Under the pieces are notes generated by a model. The model was not told where the DNA came from. It worked only from the letters and a program-made list of their open reading frames with translations, and did not search any database. A stretch of 54,468 nt of DNA from Candidatus Dormiibacterota bacterium. Lineage in GTDB: Bacteria; Chloroflexota; Dormibacteria; Dormibacterales; Dormibacteraceae. The stretch covers positions 1 to 54,468 of the forward strand of contig DATFRD010000350.1 in assembly GCA_035263645.1 (NCBI GenBank). The letters are read 5' to 3'. Below, in pieces: positions 53,186 through 54,468 of the stretch. The position numbers and the translations under genes were made by a program. The first letter of the stretch is position 1; each line of letters starts with the position of its first letter.

Positions 53186-54001
53186 GTGAGAGGCGACCAA
53201 CTGCGCTCCAGGCTGGAGGTCGGGGCGCCCGTGCTGGGCACCTGGGCCCAGACCCCGAGCCCGGAGCTGATCGAGATCCTGGGCCTTGTGGGCTTCGACT
53301 TCGTGGTCCTGGACATGGAGCACGGGTACTTCGGCGCGGAGTCCCTGCCCAACCTGATCCGGGCCGCGGAGCTGAGCGGCACCGCCGCCCTGGTCAGGGT
53401 GCCGAGGGAAGCGCCCGAGCAGGTGTCCAAGGCCCTCGACCTCGGTGCGCCGGGCGTGGTGGTCCCCGGCATCGGCACGCGCGAGGAGGCCGCAAGCTTC
53501 GTCGCCAGGACGCGCTTCCCGCCCGCGGGCGGACGCGGGGCTTCCCTCTCCACGCGCGAGCTCCGCTACTCGGCCCGCCAGCTGCCCGAGCTGCTGGCCT
53601 CGGGGGTCCGGCCGCTGGTCGTCCTCCAGGTCGAGGCCGTCCTGGCCACGGCGAACCTGGACGATATCCTGCAGGTCGAGGGCCTCGATGTGCTCTTCAT
53701 CGGCCCTTTCGACCTGGCCGCCTCGCTGGGACTGCCCGGCCAGCTCCAGCATCCCGACGTGCTGCGCGCGATCAGGAGCATCTGCGACCGGGCGCGCCAG
53801 CGCGGGGTCACGGTCGGGCTCTGGACGCGCGAGCCGGAGACGGTCGGGGGCTGGATCGAGACCGGCGTCCGCTTCGTCACGGTCTCCAACAACGAGCTGA
53901 TCTTCTTCGAGGCGGCGCAGCGGCTGCGCCGCCGGCTGGGCCGCCAGGCCGCGCGCGCGATGCGGGCAGCCGCTACACGATCTGCAGCGGCCGGACGATG
54001 A
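53186..54001 (+). CDS. HpcH/HpaI family aldolase
   Basis: PVLGTWAQTPSPELIEILGLVGFDFVVLDMEHG, ALVRVP, VVVPGIGTREEA, LDVLFIGPFDLAASLG. GTG 53186 within ORF 53078..54001. Confidence 0.88.
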   Translation: MRGDQLRSRLEVGAPVLGTWAQTPSPELIEILGLVGFDFVVLDMEHGYFGAESLPNLIRAAELSGTAALVRVPREAPEQVSKALDLGAPGVVVPGIGTREEAASFVARTRFPPAGGRGASLSTRELRYSARQLPELLASGVRPLVVLQVEAVLATANLDDILQVEGLDVLFIGPFDLAASLGLPGQLQHPDVLRAIRSICDRARQRGVTVGLWTREPETVGGWIETGVRFVTVSNNELIFFEAAQRLRRRLGRQAARAMRAAATRSAAAGR

Positions 54002-54468
54002 CGCGGGCGACCGCCTGTCCTCTGCCCGAGAGCTCGTAGGCCGCGTGCGCGCCAGCCCGCGACGTCGGCCAGGCCAGGGCCGCGTCGGGAGAGGCGAACC
54101 AGATCATGTCGACCGCGTCGCACGTCGCGGCCGGCCCGCGGCGCAGCGCGAAGAGCTGCTCGTGCCGGAGCGGCCCAGCGGCCGCGACAGCCTCTGCGTG
54201 GGGTCCCCTCAGACAGGCCTCGAACTGCTCGACGCCGGACATCGGATGGCTGCGGAGGAACGTCATCAGCTTCACCGCGCCCGACGGCGCCTCGCCGCCG
54301 GCACGCACCTCGCACGACCCGACCACGACGCCCGAGCGGCCGGGCTCCAGGAAGGCGGCCTCGTCGTCCTCCAGCTCGCGGTCGCGCTCCGGCGAGAACA
54401 GCGCCCGGTCCATCGCCGCCAGGTCGTCGAAGTCGAGCTCCGGCAGGCAGTCGAAGCCCGCATACGGC
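53973..54468 (-). CDS. hypothetical protein, possibly EthD-like (5' end beyond right edge)
   Basis: ORF 53973..54413, but the frame stays open to the window end (PYAGFDCLPELDFDDLAAMDRALFSPE...). Overlaps the aldolase 3' end by 29 nt. Family call is weak. Confidence 0.4.
   Translation of the reverse strand, partial: PYAGFDCLPELDFDDLAAMDRALFSPERDRELEDDEAAFLEPGRSGVVVGSCEVRAGGEAPSGAVKLMTFLRSHPMSGVEQFEACLRGPHAEAVAAAGPLRHEQLFALRRGPAATCDAVDMIWFASPDAALAWPTSRAGAHAAYELSGRGQAVARVIVRPLQIV

Noticed and set aside
1-54468. Search by eye for tRNA/rRNA genes, transposases, integrases, phage genes, toxin-antitoxin pairs or known defence-system genes
   Set aside because: None was recognised in any frame. There are no GTTCGAATC-type T-arm contexts and no DDE, tyrosine-recombinase or reverse-transcriptase motifs. 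The window therefore looks like core or accessory metabolic chromosome rather than a mobile or defence island. A proper tRNAscan, Infernal and HMM scan would be needed to be certain.

Overview
This is a 54.5-kb, very GC-rich segment (about 70% by eye, not computed) with strong third-position GC bias. Long Arg/Pro/Gly-rich shadow ORFs are therefore common and were discarded.

I support about 54 protein-coding genes, two of them running off the window edges. I saw no rRNA or tRNA genes, CRISPR array, transposase or integrase, or phage genes. The gene content and signals suggest an Actinomycetota-like chromosome (inference only): an LLM/F420-type oxidoreductase, GPP34, LigD split into separate ligase and polymerase genes, an ECF42-type sigma factor with a DGPF partner, a DHA2 MFS pump with MarR, leaderless-looking promoters, and many ATGA/GTGA/TTGA start-stop overlaps.

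In order, the window contains:
- two tandem ABC exporter genes
- a TetR / AllA-like cupin / S-L-M molybdenum-hydroxylase cluster
- an ABC-2 transporter with a HisKA_3 two-component system
- an orphan form-II CoxL-like gene
- small VOC, SRPBCC and DUF4389 genes
- marR-MFS
- split NHEJ ligase and polymerase genes
- a 1095-aa galactose/glyoxal-oxidase-like secreted protein
- ArsR with an AHSA1-like gene
- a zinc alcohol dehydrogenase
- an SRPBCC-DGPF-ECF sigma operon
- a second ABC-2 pair
- LLM, DUF1801, SDR and agmatinase genes
- MscS
- a PQQ-propeller / GT4 / PHP operon
- RidA
- a peptide (Dpp/Opp-type) ABC locus with an M24 peptidase
- aminotransferase, crotonase, TetR, a cytoplasmic PBP1 protein and an HpcH aldolase

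I did not find a convincing novel multi-gene system. The most noteworthy observations are:
1. A 35-bp perfectly conserved G/C-rich REP/MITE-like repeat is present three times. Two copies are read through by genes and supply their C-terminal tails and stop codons. One copy also supplies a Shine-Dalgarno sequence.
2. The copper-radical-oxidase-like protein carries two diverged copies of an unassigned ~195-aa domain.
3. An SRPBCC gene is fused in frame, with an intact internal SD-ATG, to a conserved domain of unknown function.
4. A decayed ureohydrolase paralogue sits inside an otherwise intact operon.
5. Several strong palindromes lie in promoter regions.
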